Shown piece by piece: positions 27,601 to 42,600 of a stretch of 64,000 nt of DNA. This DNA is from Phoronis australis (Eukaryota > Animalia > Phoronida): assembly GCA_002633005.1 (NCBI GenBank), contig NMRA01000198.1, positions 544,137 through 608,136 of the forward strand, given 5' to 3'. The notes beneath the pieces were generated by a model. It worked only from the letters and a program-made list of their open reading frames with translations. It made no database searches and had not been told where the DNA came from. Within the stretch, counting starts at the first letter, position 1, and every line of letters begins with the position of its first letter. Made by a program: the position numbers and the translations under genes.

Positions 27601-30600
27601 TAGAGTTCAGTAACACTAAGACCTCACTAACAAGCAAGACTTCACAAGATTACACTGAGATATTACCTTTATTTTAAATGAGAGCACTTAATTTTGGATA
27701 GATTTTAGCAAGGTCCTCGCGTAGGTCCTAGCCTTACTGAATTCTACCTAGAACTCCAATAAATGAAAGCAGCTAAATACCAATTCTTTAATGGTTTTGA
27801 GACACAAATATTCCTTATTTCTTACCAGAATATTTCCAAATTAATACTCAGGTACAAATCATTCCAAGACTGTCTTAATCTATCAGTGTGTAACAGACAC
27901 ATCAATGGTTAAAATCCAAAGCAGGACTGTTGAGATTAAAAGAGTTTGAACTGATTAGTACACAAATGTAGTAACAGTTTCCAGCTCAATGCAATCAAGA
28001 ACACGCTGCAGAGAACACAGCAGCCTTGGGTTAGTGGACAAGTGGAATGTGTTATAATTGTACTTTTTATGAATAGCGCGAGACGTCAAATACACAAAGG
28101 ATTGTGGGATAGTGGTCATCCAATGCAGCAGTGCTCAATGACATGGATCTGCAAAAATCACTTCATTTTTAGTAGTATTTGAAGCAAACCGACGTTCATT
28201 TTATTACAGACGCTAGTAAACAGGTAGCATCTATCCAAAACCAAACACAAGTTTACTGAGCAGGCAATTGCCTGCATGACATTTTTGAATCTGGATTGGA
28301 TGACATGTATCCTACAAATCTACGCTTTGGGATGCGCGCGCATACATTTTTGCTCTCCGTAATACGGTCATTGTACAATGTAGAGTGCAGTAATTCTTCA
28401 CAGACAAGATCAAACAACCATATTTTATCCAGGCTAACACCCGCAGTGCGAAAATTTTTCCTTCCAAAAATTTTAAAAAATTAAACTTTTGAATGAACAT
28501 TTAATCTGTTGCATTATGCTCAATACCCAACTCAAAAATTTTTGTGTCTCTATTAATTTTGAACATGCCGAGCTTAAACTCAAATAAGTACGGTAGTATA
28601 CAAGGATAAATTAATCTCATTGTCTGATAAACATTTACACGTTCCCTGGGAAAAAGGGAATTCACCATTCACTGAAAACTTCAAATCTAATAAAAAGCAT
28701 CAAAAATAAAGTGCAGTAGGTGAAAGCAAACACACTGAACAAGCTTTACTCACTGGAGCGTGCAAAATCCGCAAACATGATTCTCCACGCAAGAGATTTT
28801 TTAATAAAAAAAATAACTCAATACTTTGATTATAAGCGGCTGAAAATCATTAATTTGTGACAAGCAAACTGGACATAACTTTACAAAATTAATTATCAAC
28901 AGCTCTAGCAAAAAACTTACTGCATAAGCAACAATGAAAATCACCTAAAATAACCTAAAAATCTACAATTTAAGCAGTATGCTTGAGAAAGCGTTGGCAG
29001 ATGGCACTAGTGAAGTATGTAAGACAAGACAAGAAGCGTCACACAATCAGTTGGAACACAAAATACCTTGGAGTAATTTACCGACTTAGAGTGTCGGTCG
29101 ATAACTACGGGTGTGTCGATCTGATCTAAACTATGCTGAAAGTTGAAACAGAAGCATTTACACAAACAAATTATAGACAACAGTGATACTTTAAACACAC
29201 CTGTACAGCCGCATACCACATGAACAGCAAATTAAAGTTGTTACTGATTTCAAAAACTGTTTTACAACTTAAAGACAGATATGAAAGAAAAGTAATTTGA
29301 TTTTAGCAGGTTCAAGGGCAGACAGAATTAGATGGAGATTCTTAATGAAAGGCTCCATAGCAGTCTTTAGTGAAAGGGTTACCGTGGTTGCAACTGTGGT
29401 CACCATAACAACAAACTGTTAGGACCATAGGGTAATAATAAATACAAAACCTGACTAAAAGTAATACAAGTTTTGTAAATACAAATATACATTAGTCATA
29501 ACAAGGCAACAAAAACAAGTGTGACTGATAAAAACAAAAAAAAACAAATGACACAATAGTTTGCTTTCAGCTGATAATGATATAAATGTAAAGGTTGTGT
29601 ACGAAAGCAGCCGCACATGCCATGACAACACTACTGCTGCCCCCTTGAGTGCAGTGAGCCGTGAATAGCCTGGTTATAAACCTAGGGATGTCTATACAGT
29701 CGGACTTAATTAGAGCTGTCTATGCCACCTAGGTCATTGTGTTCTAGTAATTACACATCATTTACGTAAAGTAAAAAATTCTTCAGTTTGGTGGAATATT
29801 ATTTTGTCAATTTTCTTAAAAAATGACCTTTTGGGGACATTTTTACTTTTAGCATGTCTTGTTTAGTACAGCTGTCACTAAACCACTTTTGGTAAAATTT
29901 TGAGCATTTTCACCAATGCAGTAAGCCCACAAAAAATAGAAAATGCCCATTTTAGCCTTTACATTTGTCCCAAATTGAAGAATTTTTATCACAAATGTTA
30001 AACGGTTTTGTATGCCAAGGCCAAAGCCATCACAAAAACTGACTATCACTGTCCAGATGGTCAGACGAAAAGAAAATAGGGAATAGGACCAGTTCCATAA
30101 TCAAGTTTTTCAACAACAGCTCAAGGGTCAAGCAACGTCAAGTAAGAAAATTACGAAGTGAAAACAAACAGACAACAAGATAAACTTTATCTCAAGCACA
30201 AATTGGCTTCCAAACACATATCCAGGTAGAAACAGGAATGATGGTAATATACTGGTTACTGTATTGTCAAAACATCAAGGCCAATTTCTTTGGTTGGCAT
30301 TAGGTCTGAACAATACCATTTTTCATATTTGACATGTACATGGCTTTTGGATCACTGTCTAAACACTTCAGTTACCATGTGCGACATTGTACATGGCTTT
30401 TGGACCACTGTCTACACACTCTGATTACCATGTGCGTCATTGTACACCCAGACTCCGTGTGCGGCTCGATATACATGCACCTTCTAAGCTAGAGAAGTTG
30501 TGTTGGAACACCCATCTACATATTCTGCTTCATACTCTGATTCATTCAACACTGTGTACAAAAATTGTTGAATAGATGGGAGTAAAATTTATGCTAGTTA

Positions 30601-33600
30601 TCACAGAAACTCAATATACAACCACTACCAACCCAACACTGTTGTTGACAATCCTAAAACCAAGAATTGAGCATAGATTGTACTGGAAAACATTATTATT
30701 TTACATGCACCACTCCCATCATTACCTGTGACTTAGTACCAGAGATACCTAGCTCCACCACCTCTAGTACTGTGTGCAGACACTGCCTGTCCTGCATCAG
30801 ATAATCGTGTTGAACCAGCCACAGTGTTAAGCAGGAGTAGGCCGCGACGATCATCGAGTGCAGATCACGCGAGTGCGCTGGGGCTGGGCGACTGCACTGG
30901 TAGACAATGAAGTCGCAGATCCATTTAACCGTACGCTTGCACATCTGGGAGTTGGGAGGATCAAGGTGAACCTGCAGCAATTGAGAAAGTGTCAGTGGAT
31001 CGAAATACGATACAACAATGTCATAGATCAGAAATGACTGAAATGACGTGATGAATAAATTTGTTAAAAAGGATGTAACAGGACCCATTTGGCAGCTTAC
31101 TCAAGTGAGTCCAGATGAAGAAGGAAAATTTCTAGAAAGATTATAAAGGGTAAAGTGCCTTCTTTGATTTTGATTTTTAAATAATTAGCTGAAAGAAAAT
31201 GCAATTCAAATTATCTGTGAGACATAGAGTGTAAAACCCAGAATTATTTTAATGACTGCACCTTTGCCAGACCACACAGCACCTCCATGGCTGCCAGTGC
31301 CACGTTCAATTCAATCTTCCAAGAGGCCATGAGTCGGTTACAGACTAAGGATGCTGCTTGACCAAACAGACCGTGAGCTGTGTCTTTAAAAGAAATCAAC
31401 ATTATATTAATAAGTCAATCTTTACAGTCAAATAATAAACAACAACAAACAATAATTTATAATGACAGTACTAATAACAATTATAAAAAAAGTCCGACTG
31501 GGCAACAGTTCGTTAGTTTTCAGAAAGCTTACGAATCTGGAACTTGTGAAATATTTCAATGTTCACTTATTTAAAGCATGAGCTATTTTCAAAATATTTA
31601 ACTTTCGATGTAGACCTCTTACTGCTAAAATTGAAGTAAAATTGTCCCTTACTCAGATCAGACCATGATTTCTGGTCTTTAGAATAACTGCCTGTTTATT
31701 ATTGTGCAAAACCAGGTTCAATTGACAGTTGACAGCAACTCATACCATATCCCAAACGTGGCCTCACGCAATAACAAATTACCAGTTCTTCCCTACCCCA
31801 GAAATGATTTTTAATCCGAGTGTAAGGGACAAGATAAGCACACCGGTTAAAAAATAAATAAATACCTTTTTCACAGAAAGTGGTTTTACAGTGGCTATAA
31901 TTTACTGAAGAAAGTAAGAAGAGTAAATGTGCACTTGGATCTAGATTCAAACAAGCATGACCAGTTACTTGGTGTAACCAGAGTTAAAATATTTTGCTTT
32001 TGAATTGCTGCTTATGTGGACTGGAGCTTGTCTGCATAAACCATAAAATTCAACAAATACATCTAACTGTCAGCCTATTATTGGTAACACTGTAGGGTAG
32101 ATTAATGGCAACTTACCAAAGTGCTTTAGTCCGTGATTCTTTGAACCCGAGCTTTCGGCCTCTGCTTCAGCCATTGACTCTTCTAACAAATCAAACAGAA
32201 AGATATCAAATAAACTTTGGTATAATATTACCACAATTAAATTGATATTAAGAGTACACCATTAAAACAATGCATATAAACAGAATTCGTGGAGAATACA
32301 AGAGTTGAAGATATTTGTATCTTCAAGTACGTCCAAATGTACATGTGAGAAAAACATACATAGCTTCCTTTACCTCAAACCTTTAAGTTAAACTGAACAC
32401 TGTTTCGGCAGGTCAAAACTGCCAACTTCAGGGTAAGATAAAATAAAGGATGAAGCAATTTATTTAGCAAAAAATAACTCCAATAAGCGCCATTCCGACC
32501 ACAATGTAATCACATAAAACAAGAAGTGTTAACATGTCTTAACTCACTCAATTTTGCATATTGGAAGCGCAACAAAATTCATTCCACACTTGCCACTGAG
32601 TTAAACCTAATATCCCACGGTAATAGCCACATTACCAAACAGGGCTCAATATACCTCAATATTGTTTGCTATGCAATAATTCTATCTACAACAGACAAGG
32701 CTACGATGACAAAAACACTGTTCTCACCTGGTGCAGTGTCAGATGTAGGTGAGTCAGAGTTGAAAGTAGTGCCCCCTGTTGACTGGGCAGCCTCCAACAG
32801 TGCCTGGTCCTGAACACACAGCAGCAGACCCCCTGTGGGTGAGAACCAGTCACATTACAGATCAGTGGTTGCACTTGCTTCACTCACCTAGCATGCACCA
32901 GTTCACATTGGTTTGTGAGACAGATCAAGTCCCATACAGTTTTAATTAAGGCGAAAACATATTGCAAACTTCTCACTGGAATAACTCAGACAAGTTAGCA
33001 ACAGTAAATCTTGTCCCTGAAGTAATCACTGCACATCTTCTGTTCCATGATTTTATCATGCAGAGTTTGTTGGAAAACTAACTTGGAATGCCCTATTAAA
33101 AAAAAAAAAAGGTTCCACCCAAAAACATAAACCAAAATGAAGGATTTCAAAGTTTTCACTGTATGGGACTTTAAGAGACATGATTTTAAAAATAAATCAG
33201 GGAAACAGCAAGATAAATTATGAGTAAAATTTCAAAACACACACCGAGCAGCATCTGTGTATTGATTGGATCAGTCTCGACGAACAGAGCTCGTAAAAGA
33301 AGCTCAACTATCCCAAGACGAAGGGACAAAAAGGTGGCTGGCTGTTCTGGCTTCTCGTCCAGTTTCAGAATATCTGTAGTACAAAAAATAATGACATTTG
33401 AAAACAAATTAGTGACAGATGTCGGGCCTTTATCAATGACAGGATTATTCCCCTGCCATACTTTGTAAGCAGATCACTACACAGGGGAGATAACTTCACA
33501 CCACAGCATCAATCAAGATCAGGATGCAGCAACCCTTCTCCAGCAGGACAGCAGTGCGCAGTTATCTCCCCTATACAACTATCTACTAATTAAATAAGAA

Positions 33601-36600
33601 GCCTCTGGTGGGAACCAATCCATTCATTGATAAAAGCCTGGTGCACCAGGCCGAAATGTCAATCGCCAACTCATTAGTCTCTCAGTAAGTGGTCCTCTAT
33701 TTCCCAAAATACAGTTGTTGCAGTCAGGCATACATTCACTGCAACTATTTTGGTCCTGCACAACAACCAACACAGACAGAAGAGTAAGATTAACTTGTGC
33801 AATTTACTTAGTACATTTGAAATATTGTATTCTTTGCGTAATAATAACACAGAAACATCATTTTGAAGACCACATAATTGTTTACCACAATGTGCCTATT
33901 TATCATCTCGAAGCCTTCAAGTTGGTATTAAGTGCAAAAACAACAAATGGAGAAATAATGTACCTAATTATTACATAATGGGCAACCTTACTGACATATT
34001 TCCGAATACTTAACAGCTCTCACTATGTTGTTACTTGCACATGCCAAGTCATCCTCTTACCCGTCCCAGTAGAGTGCAGGCAGAGGTATCACTAATAGGC
34101 AATTTTAAATCAGTCTCTGTCCCCCAGTTCCCAAACCAACGAAGTTAGTCACAAAAAATCATTCATTTCTGTGCCCTGCACTAATATATCTTATTAATCT
34201 GAGATACCACCTGGGAAATGAATTATAGCGAGACCAAATTTCTGCCATGTTATTTCTGTAAGCTACAGCAACATTTCGGTGCAGTTTCAAGGATTACCCT
34301 GAATTTGCAGACTATTATAGTGCAGTGGCATGCACAACATGGAGAGAAGTAGGTGGATGGAAGCTCTCCTCAGCTCCACGACTGGGATCTGGTCATGGCA
34401 CCTGAAAAGCAACATCGTACGACTTGTTAACACTTCCCAAGAGAATGAGGAAATACAGTGCACTAGTGCACACCAACCAGCTATAAACTTGTTGTGGATC
34501 AATTGCAGCTATAAGGAATCAAATGAATGATGAACCAAAAAATGCATATGTATTGTACTTTACTTAGTTTGAAATTTCTTTATCATTTCCGACTACAGAC
34601 CTAATCTCTAACAGAGCTTTGATTTCAATGGACAGAAAAACTTTTTGAATCACTTTCTAAATTTACCATGACATTAAATCTGTCAAAGACAGATACTGAA
34701 ACCCAATTTTCGAACTATCTTTAAGTTTACTTGGGAATCGGAACATTTAATAATTAGGAAATCTATCCACGAAAGCTTGACTTTATTAATTTGTTGTTGG
34801 CCAACATCATTATTCAGTACTTAAAATTTGCCTTCAAGTAACCTCCAATAAGGTCCACTGCACTCAACTGCTGAGGACTTTAATGCAAAATACTCCAGGC
34901 GCTCGATTCAATATTTTTCTTACCTACGCACACTCACATTTAACCCGGGGGACCCGAAAAAAACCAAAAAATTACATAAATAATAACAAAGAGCAAAACG
35001 ATGCTCACAAATCTGAAGGAATATAATTAAAACTTTTCAACGTTACAGTAATGTAATACTTTTCTTCTGAACTTGGCGAAACAAGGCCCGGAGTTCTGGT
35101 TTGTAAATATGAAGTTTTCCAATACACAAAAGAAGGTGCTCGATAAAGCTTACTTGGAATCGGCCAACTTACTTAAACTTTGGCTTCAAATCAGACAAGA
35201 CCACCTCTATTGCACTAAGTAGCTGAGGAACTAGCACAGACACTCCATCTAAATCAATCCTCAGCAGGTCAATACCGTTAAAGATGATGTTGGACAGCAC
35301 TTGACCGCTTAGGTTCTACAACAAAGAAAATCCATCAACTGTTTATTTATGCAGTAACATATCTTATCTTCATTTTGTCAGTGTAAACAATAAAGTCTCA
35401 TCAATTTCAAACAAAAATGATCACTAAAAGTTGTGAAGACTCACATTTTCTCAAAACAATGTCTCATGGTAACTATGGTACATGACTTTACAATGATAAA
35501 GCACTTGTTTGGTACTACTGACCACTCATAAAAAATGACAAATAAAACTTCACTTAACCATCATATTGGCGAGATTTTACCCTGACTCAGATGCACAGCT
35601 AGCCTGACTAGTATGTCAGGACATGTAAGGGTTTAAAAGGTTGTTTGGCTTTGGATTGATATCTCTAGAAAGAAATAGCTGTTGAAATAAGGCGAACTGA
35701 GGATTGTTTTATTTCGAGGGTGCAGCTCATAGGCGGTATTTTAGGTATACCAAATGCTCATAAACTTGTATAACCTCTACTTTGAAGAGCACTCAATACA
35801 ATTTCAGAAAGATATGAAAACTAGGTCAATATGTTACCTAAGTTTGCAGATCAAGGTATCATTTGATTTTGGTGTACTAAAGAATTACTGTAGTGCATTC
35901 AGTCGTGTTCAACTAAAAAGCTTTTACTAAAGAACTAAAGGCCTTTCCACAAATCTAGACTAGAGGTGCTACACCAAACAGTACATAAGGTACAGCCCCA
36001 TCCACCCCTGAACCATAATACAGGGTGATGTAAATCTACAGAGGCGCTCCACCACACCCTTCACAAGTAGTACCTCATTCACGGGTAAGCCAAACTACAG
36101 GGTGATGTAAAGCTGAAAAACCAAACATGTCAAAAGGCATACCTCGTCCACAACTAACCCATAATACAGGGTGATGTAAAAGCGCGACAGATACTCTGGT
36201 AATATCTCTTCCCCAGTCTTGTGTGCACAGAATATCCTACAGAGGGTTCCACAGGCTTCAGCGCGTCCATAATCATAGCTGTCATCATTTTTCTCCCGAG
36301 GGCGCACCGCTCCCTCTGGTGGTAGAGACCTGGCTCGCCCATCGGTGGCATCCATAAATGAACTGGTGCGCCTAGATGAAGGACCTGTGATGAACGGTGG
36401 AAATTAGGCGAAAGGTCTATGCTGTCTAAAAAACAAGTAGCTGCCACATACCAGGGCATAACTTTCAGAAAACTAGTTGTGAAACAAATTCGATTTCATA
36501 CTTTTCTTCAAGATGTCTATTCAATTGGTGAAATACGGATATCATGGGCTTAACTTTAATTACGCAGTACTTTGAAAATAGTCAAGGTGACAAAGACTTA

Positions 36601-39600
36601 GTGTAGAATAGGAAAATTGGAAATGTAGTACACCTGATAATTGATAAAAACTGGGCAGAGTGAAGCACTCGGCCAACAGTCTCCTACCAAGTACAAATAT
36701 GTGCCCAGATATGGAGAAGACCATATCATCCTACTGCCAGATTTACAGTCCAAATTTGTAAAACCCTGACTAAATTAAATTATCTGTTTCCTTCATTACC
36801 CACAATATGACACATTTTCCCACAATGAAATACTTACCACTGTGTGTCTCGTGTAATTTCACTCCTGCCAGTGCAGCGTCAAACAACCAGGCACCAAACA
36901 GGTGAAGTATGCTGTTGCATTTGGGCCGGTTGACATCAATGGGAGGTCGGCCATCCAAGGTCATCATCAGGGGCTCACAGGGTGCACTGTGATCAATAGG
37001 AACCACGGCTGGGGGCTTGGTGGCAATGGTGAGCGATGCCACTTTTTGGGCAACACCTAAAACATTCGAAGAGTTACAAAAATGTTGACAATACTGATGC
37101 GGCACAATAGTCACTTACAGGGGCCCGTATTTTGAGAACCAGTTTTCTTCACTAAATAACAGGCATGAAACTGGTTCTCAAAATCCAAAATCCTTTTCAG
37201 TGACTATAACCAGACATTCCATAGCAGACTATAGAAGTTTAACAAATGATTAACAATAGTTCTCTCAAAAATCCTTTTTCATGCTCACAAAACGTGAAAA
37301 GCAACTAAAATATAAATACATATCAAAAAAGTAACATAAAAAACTTATAAGAACACAAGAATTATAAAACAAAAATCTACTTATAAACAATATAACATGA
37401 AGAATCCCAACACAAAAATTAAGGCCAACTACAGATGTGCAGTGTGTATTTATTGCGCAGAACATCCAATCAATAGCAAAAGCCAATAAGCTCCCTTTGG
37501 CAAGCACAACATTTTGATTACTTGATGGACATGGAAACAAGTTGTACAGTTAATCATAAATTTTAAAGGAAAGCTTTGCTGAGAAGCTAATAGCTTATAG
37601 AACACAGGTGACAAAACAATTTCCAGACCACATCAGATGAAATAAAGAACTCGGTCATTTCAGACCAAGGACATACAATTAATGCACAACTCCAACAATG
37701 ACACCTAAGCCCTGATGACATTAACTGCAGCTGAAAATTTCCAACAATAAACCATGTTCAACACAGCTAGAAGAAGCTTGTATTGCTTGTCCAGTTATAA
37801 TTAACTCCTACTAAGGTTAAGGTGAATGCAAAGCAGACAAGATGGAAAGTGATGAACAGCAAAGAAAAGTAGACGACTGCGACAGAATATGCACCGTTTC
37901 CACAGGCGATCAATGTTAAACACATAGGACAGTGCTAATTGCGAATGTGACATGCAGACATGGAAAGCTGAGCTGAAAAAGAGTAACGTTAGTGTAACGT
38001 GTATCCACCTTTTGGATGTCTCACAGAGTAGAAGTATCTTGAATTGGAGGTCACAGAGCCTACAGGAAATTGACACATTAGAAATTCATTTTATTTGTTT
38101 TTACCTCGAATGTCAACTATTCTGCTGAAACAGGTAGGCTGGATAATACCAAAGAAGAAAATTTTAATCTGGTTGATATTACATTTTATGCATTGCTTCC
38201 TTAAATGAAAGACAGTTTACAGATAAATCATAAGAATTGAACATTTGGTCATGCAAATACAAGGCCACTAAAATAAAGCCTGTAATGTAGCACTGATTTC
38301 TTACGCTTAATTCACTTCACTACTGACAGGCAAAGTGCTTGAATGCAATAGAAATATATCAAACTTGAGATCAGCATGCCCAGAACACTTCAAGTCAATC
38401 TTCGTGAACATCTTACCATGAGCTACACTGATGGCTTTCATGCGCCTCGTTGATGGGGGTGTCGATAACGTGGATGACGAGGACTGACCAGGTGGTACTG
38501 ATTGACGCTGAGTGGCCTGGGGTGTGGGGAGTACATCCTCACGGATCAACTCTTGGGCAATACCTGGCCAGGGACAGACAGTGATTGGATAAGTACTTCC
38601 TCTGTGTATGCATGCTGTTACAGAATTGTGACTGCCATAGCTTATAAAAATAAAACTTGACACAGTTAATAATCCAAATTACGTACTATCCAATTATTGA
38701 AATTGAAAGGCCTTATTATACATGCAAGTATGACATTGTAATTAATGTTGGCTAAACAGTTTACCCTTTGAGTTACAATTTGAAAATTACTAAGTTTTTG
38801 TGAGACACAATCTAACATTCAAAACGAGACAAATCCCAGCACGCCACAGTCTAAGATGCTTAACCAGGTGGACCTTTAATCATACTATTAACTAATTATT
38901 AGATTAATTATTAATCTAAAAGGACCATCATCATGAGGTGCTAATAAAAATGAAACTCAACAAGAAGAAAAGCAAAACCTGGACAGTTTCATAGCACAAT
39001 AGCGTAGAAATAATATCAGCTATATGACTCCAATCTGGTACATATTTCCATCTCGGGGAAGGGCTGCTCATGGAAAAAAGATTTAAGACTTAGGTCAGAA
39101 TTTTCTTTAAATACTCCTACATCACTATTATTAATTAACAAGTTAAAGTTGTTGTCATGTATTGTGAGAATACCATTGTCTAGGAATAATTTACATATTA
39201 CCTGATTAACTACTTTTATTACTTATTATGGGTATACTTTCAGAGACTCCACACTTTGCACAGAGATGAAACTATTTTATGAAATAACTGTGCAGAGCAC
39301 AAAACAGGATTTATGATCTGCAATGGAACTGAACATACAAATTGATAATTTTCAGAATCATCAATTGCAAAAACTTGAATGAAACAAAGCATACCCAGAA
39401 ATGCATCCACCATAACAGAGACACCTTTCATGGACTTGAAGAAGATATGAGGCAGCACCTTGAGACAGGCGTGTTGTGAAGGGTCCACGACTACATCGCT
39501 AGCCAGAGCCTGTACCATGAACTTGGGTGTCTGACTGATGGTCTCAGGGTGACACAGGTCGATGGGATTTGACAGAATGTGTAAGAAGCGGAACCAGCTC

Positions 39601-42600
39601 TGCGCCACACAGTCACGGTCCATGGATGCAGGAACGACTAGCGAGTCTTCGTCAGCTGGAAAAGGAGAGGTACAACATGTAAGACTGGAATGAAAGACAG
39701 AAAAACTAGACAGGGTTAGACTTCTGTTAATATCTCTATTCCTTTTAACAATTATAATGGTAATCTTGTACATATCAATGAAATTCTTGTGTTGCATTTG
39801 TATATGTATATTCTATTAGTAATATGTAAATTTGTGCATTCCTCTGAATATCAAACAGCATAGTTCGGTAGCAATAAAACACAAACTTGGTTAAAGGCAC
39901 GAATGTACTTTAGACAGCTTACCATATACTCGCTCTTAGTCTCTATACAATCTTCTATCTTCAAGTGTGCAGTTATGAACCAAAACACCAAGAGACATAA
40001 CTGACACGTTAAAATAGTTGCTATAATTCGAGACCACTTGTCTCATCATCAGTCAATATAGACCACTTGTCTCATCATCACGCAATAGGTGATTAAGTGT
40101 TCTCCAGATGTAATGCTTTCTGGACTTAACTCTCAGTACACAGTATATTTCGTAATAAACATTAAAAAAATTCCACCGCGAGACATGTGTTTCATATTGT
40201 TCTGTTTTCATTTTGTGCCCGTCAGGACAAGTAATTCAAGTTCTGAAATAAGGCAAATACCCAATGGAGAACTTGGAGGCGGCTGAACAGGGAGTGCCTC
40301 GTGGTAAACACGAATGGCCTTTCCATTGTTCTTTTTAAAACTTTGATTTAAAACCAGCATTGAAATTATTTTACATGGAAACTGATAAATCTAAAAATAT
40401 CCATGCAATTTGAAGAGGTGATCAACAAAAGCTGACTTACGTATTTGTAGTACAGGGAAACTTGGTCCGTACATGTTCTTAAGCAGCCTTGAGGTTAGCG
40501 CAGCATTCACTCGATGCCACTGTACCACCAGTGCCTCATGGTGGCGCCAGTTGGAACACATGTCCCTGAATGTTCTCCACAGTGACGGAGATGGGAAACA
40601 CCGGTGACAAGCAAGAAGCCAGACTTCGAAGAGCACGCTCAGTATGCGTTCACACAGTTGATCTCCAATGTCTTCTGTAACACATGAAGAACAGAAACTA
40701 ATTAGTCAAGTGTTTAAAATCACCTTCTTCTTGTTTTGACAAGTGACAACATTGTCAGCACCATTAAACCTTCCTTTATAGAAGTGCAAATCACAATCGT
40801 GACTTCAGTAGCCCAAAATTGGGAAAATAAAAGAATTAAAGTGACTTCAGCTGAAAGTTTCTTAGCTCCATGGATATGAGTGTGATGTATAAAGGTATGC
40901 AGCGCCTGCGTCATGTCCACAAAACGTGCAATTTGCATTTCTCCAATGTCCCACCAGAAAGTTAAAAGAGCCACATCATGGACAAATATAAAGTTGCCAC
41001 AACTGCCACAAATATTAAGTTGCCACAACCACCAAGAAATGTAGAAAATATATATCTGAAGCTAAATAAGGCGATCCAGATCCTCCCAAGGATACTATTG
41101 TTTCAAGAAATGAAGAATATAAATCGGTAAATAAAACAACAAGAATGGATCAACTGAAATTTTAAATTTTCGGATGTAACAACTTCCTTTATCAACAAAA
41201 ACAGAAATAAAGTAAAATCAAACACAAAATGACAATTGACATATAAGATATGGTGTAATGAAAATGATACATTTTTGCGTAAAAAANTCTATTAGTAATA
41301 TGTAAATTTGTGCATTCCTCTGAATATCAAACAGCATAGTTCGGTAGCAATAAAACACAAACTTGGTTAAAGGCACGAATGTACTTTAGACAGCTTACCA
41401 TATACTATTCTTCTTTTTAAAACTCTGATTTAAAACAAGCATTGAAATTATTTTACATGAAAACTGATAAATATAAAAATATCCATGGAATTTGAAGACG
41501 TGATCAACAAAAGCTGACTTACGTATTTGTAGTACAGGGAAACTTGGTCCGTACATGTTCTTAAGCAGCCTTGAGGTTAGCGCAGCATTCACTCGATGCC
41601 ACTGAACCACCAGCGCCTCATGGTGGCGCCAGTTGGAACACATGTCCCTGAATGTTCTCCACAGTGACGGAGATGGGAAACACCGGTGACAAGCAAGCAG
41701 CCAGACTTCGAAGAGCACGCTCAGTATGCGCTCACACAGCTGATCTCCAATGTCTTCTGTAACACATGAAGAACAGAAACTAATTAGTCAAGTGTTTAAA
41801 ATCACTTTCTTCTTGTTTTGACAAGTGACAACATTGTCAGCACCATTAAACCTTCCTTTATAGAAGTGCAAATCACAATCCTGACTTCAGTAGCCCAAAA
41901 TTGGGAAAATAAAAGAATTAAAGTGACTTCAGCTGAAAGTTTCTTAGCTCCATGGATATGAGTGTGATGTATAAAGGTATGCAGCGCCTGCGTCATGTCC
42001 ACAAAACGTGCAATTTGCACTTCACCAATGTCCTACCAGAAAGTTAAAAGAGCCACATCATGGACAAATATAAAGTTGCCACAACTGCCACAAATATTAA
42101 GTTGCCACAACCACCACAAATGCAACACCTTGCCATTTCTTATTGTACCGTAAAGCAATGGAAAACGATAAGCAATTATAACTGATGACTTCTCACACTA
42201 AATATAATGAAGGGCGACTAGTTCTGTGATTGGGTGTCCAGATTTTATGAAATATGTATCAACCAATAAATGGTCGTAAAAACTCGAGATCAGCTAACAT
42301 ATCGCAGATAGTGTTTTCAGGTGTTCTAGTTTGAATACTAATCGCCTTGTTTTTTTGTTTTTTTTTTGGTGTTTTTGATATGAAATTGGTGATTTTAAAC
42401 ACTTTATAGTTACCTTTCGCCAGGTTAAGATGACTAAGAAGCTAAAATCGAATTAGGCTTTCTACTTTCCTAAAACAGTCTCATAATATTCCTTACTGTA
42501 ATGCAATCCTATTTATGTTAGTAATACCAACAAAAGCATAAAAAACATCAGCAACATAAGAAAACACCTCAGAGTTTATAGAGGTTTGTCAATGCTTCGG

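Noticed and set aside
36154-36459. 101-aa ORF and upstream acceptor at 36425 for the RALGAPB exon
   Set aside because: This is the wrong frame. Only the acceptor at 36384 preserves the conserved [14 protein letters not shown] peptide.
40441-41756. Mutually exclusive exon pair
   Set aside because: The peptides are identical, the flanking introns are near-identical, and the boundary is at an assembly n. A haplotype duplication is more parsimonious; kept only as a low-ranked finding.
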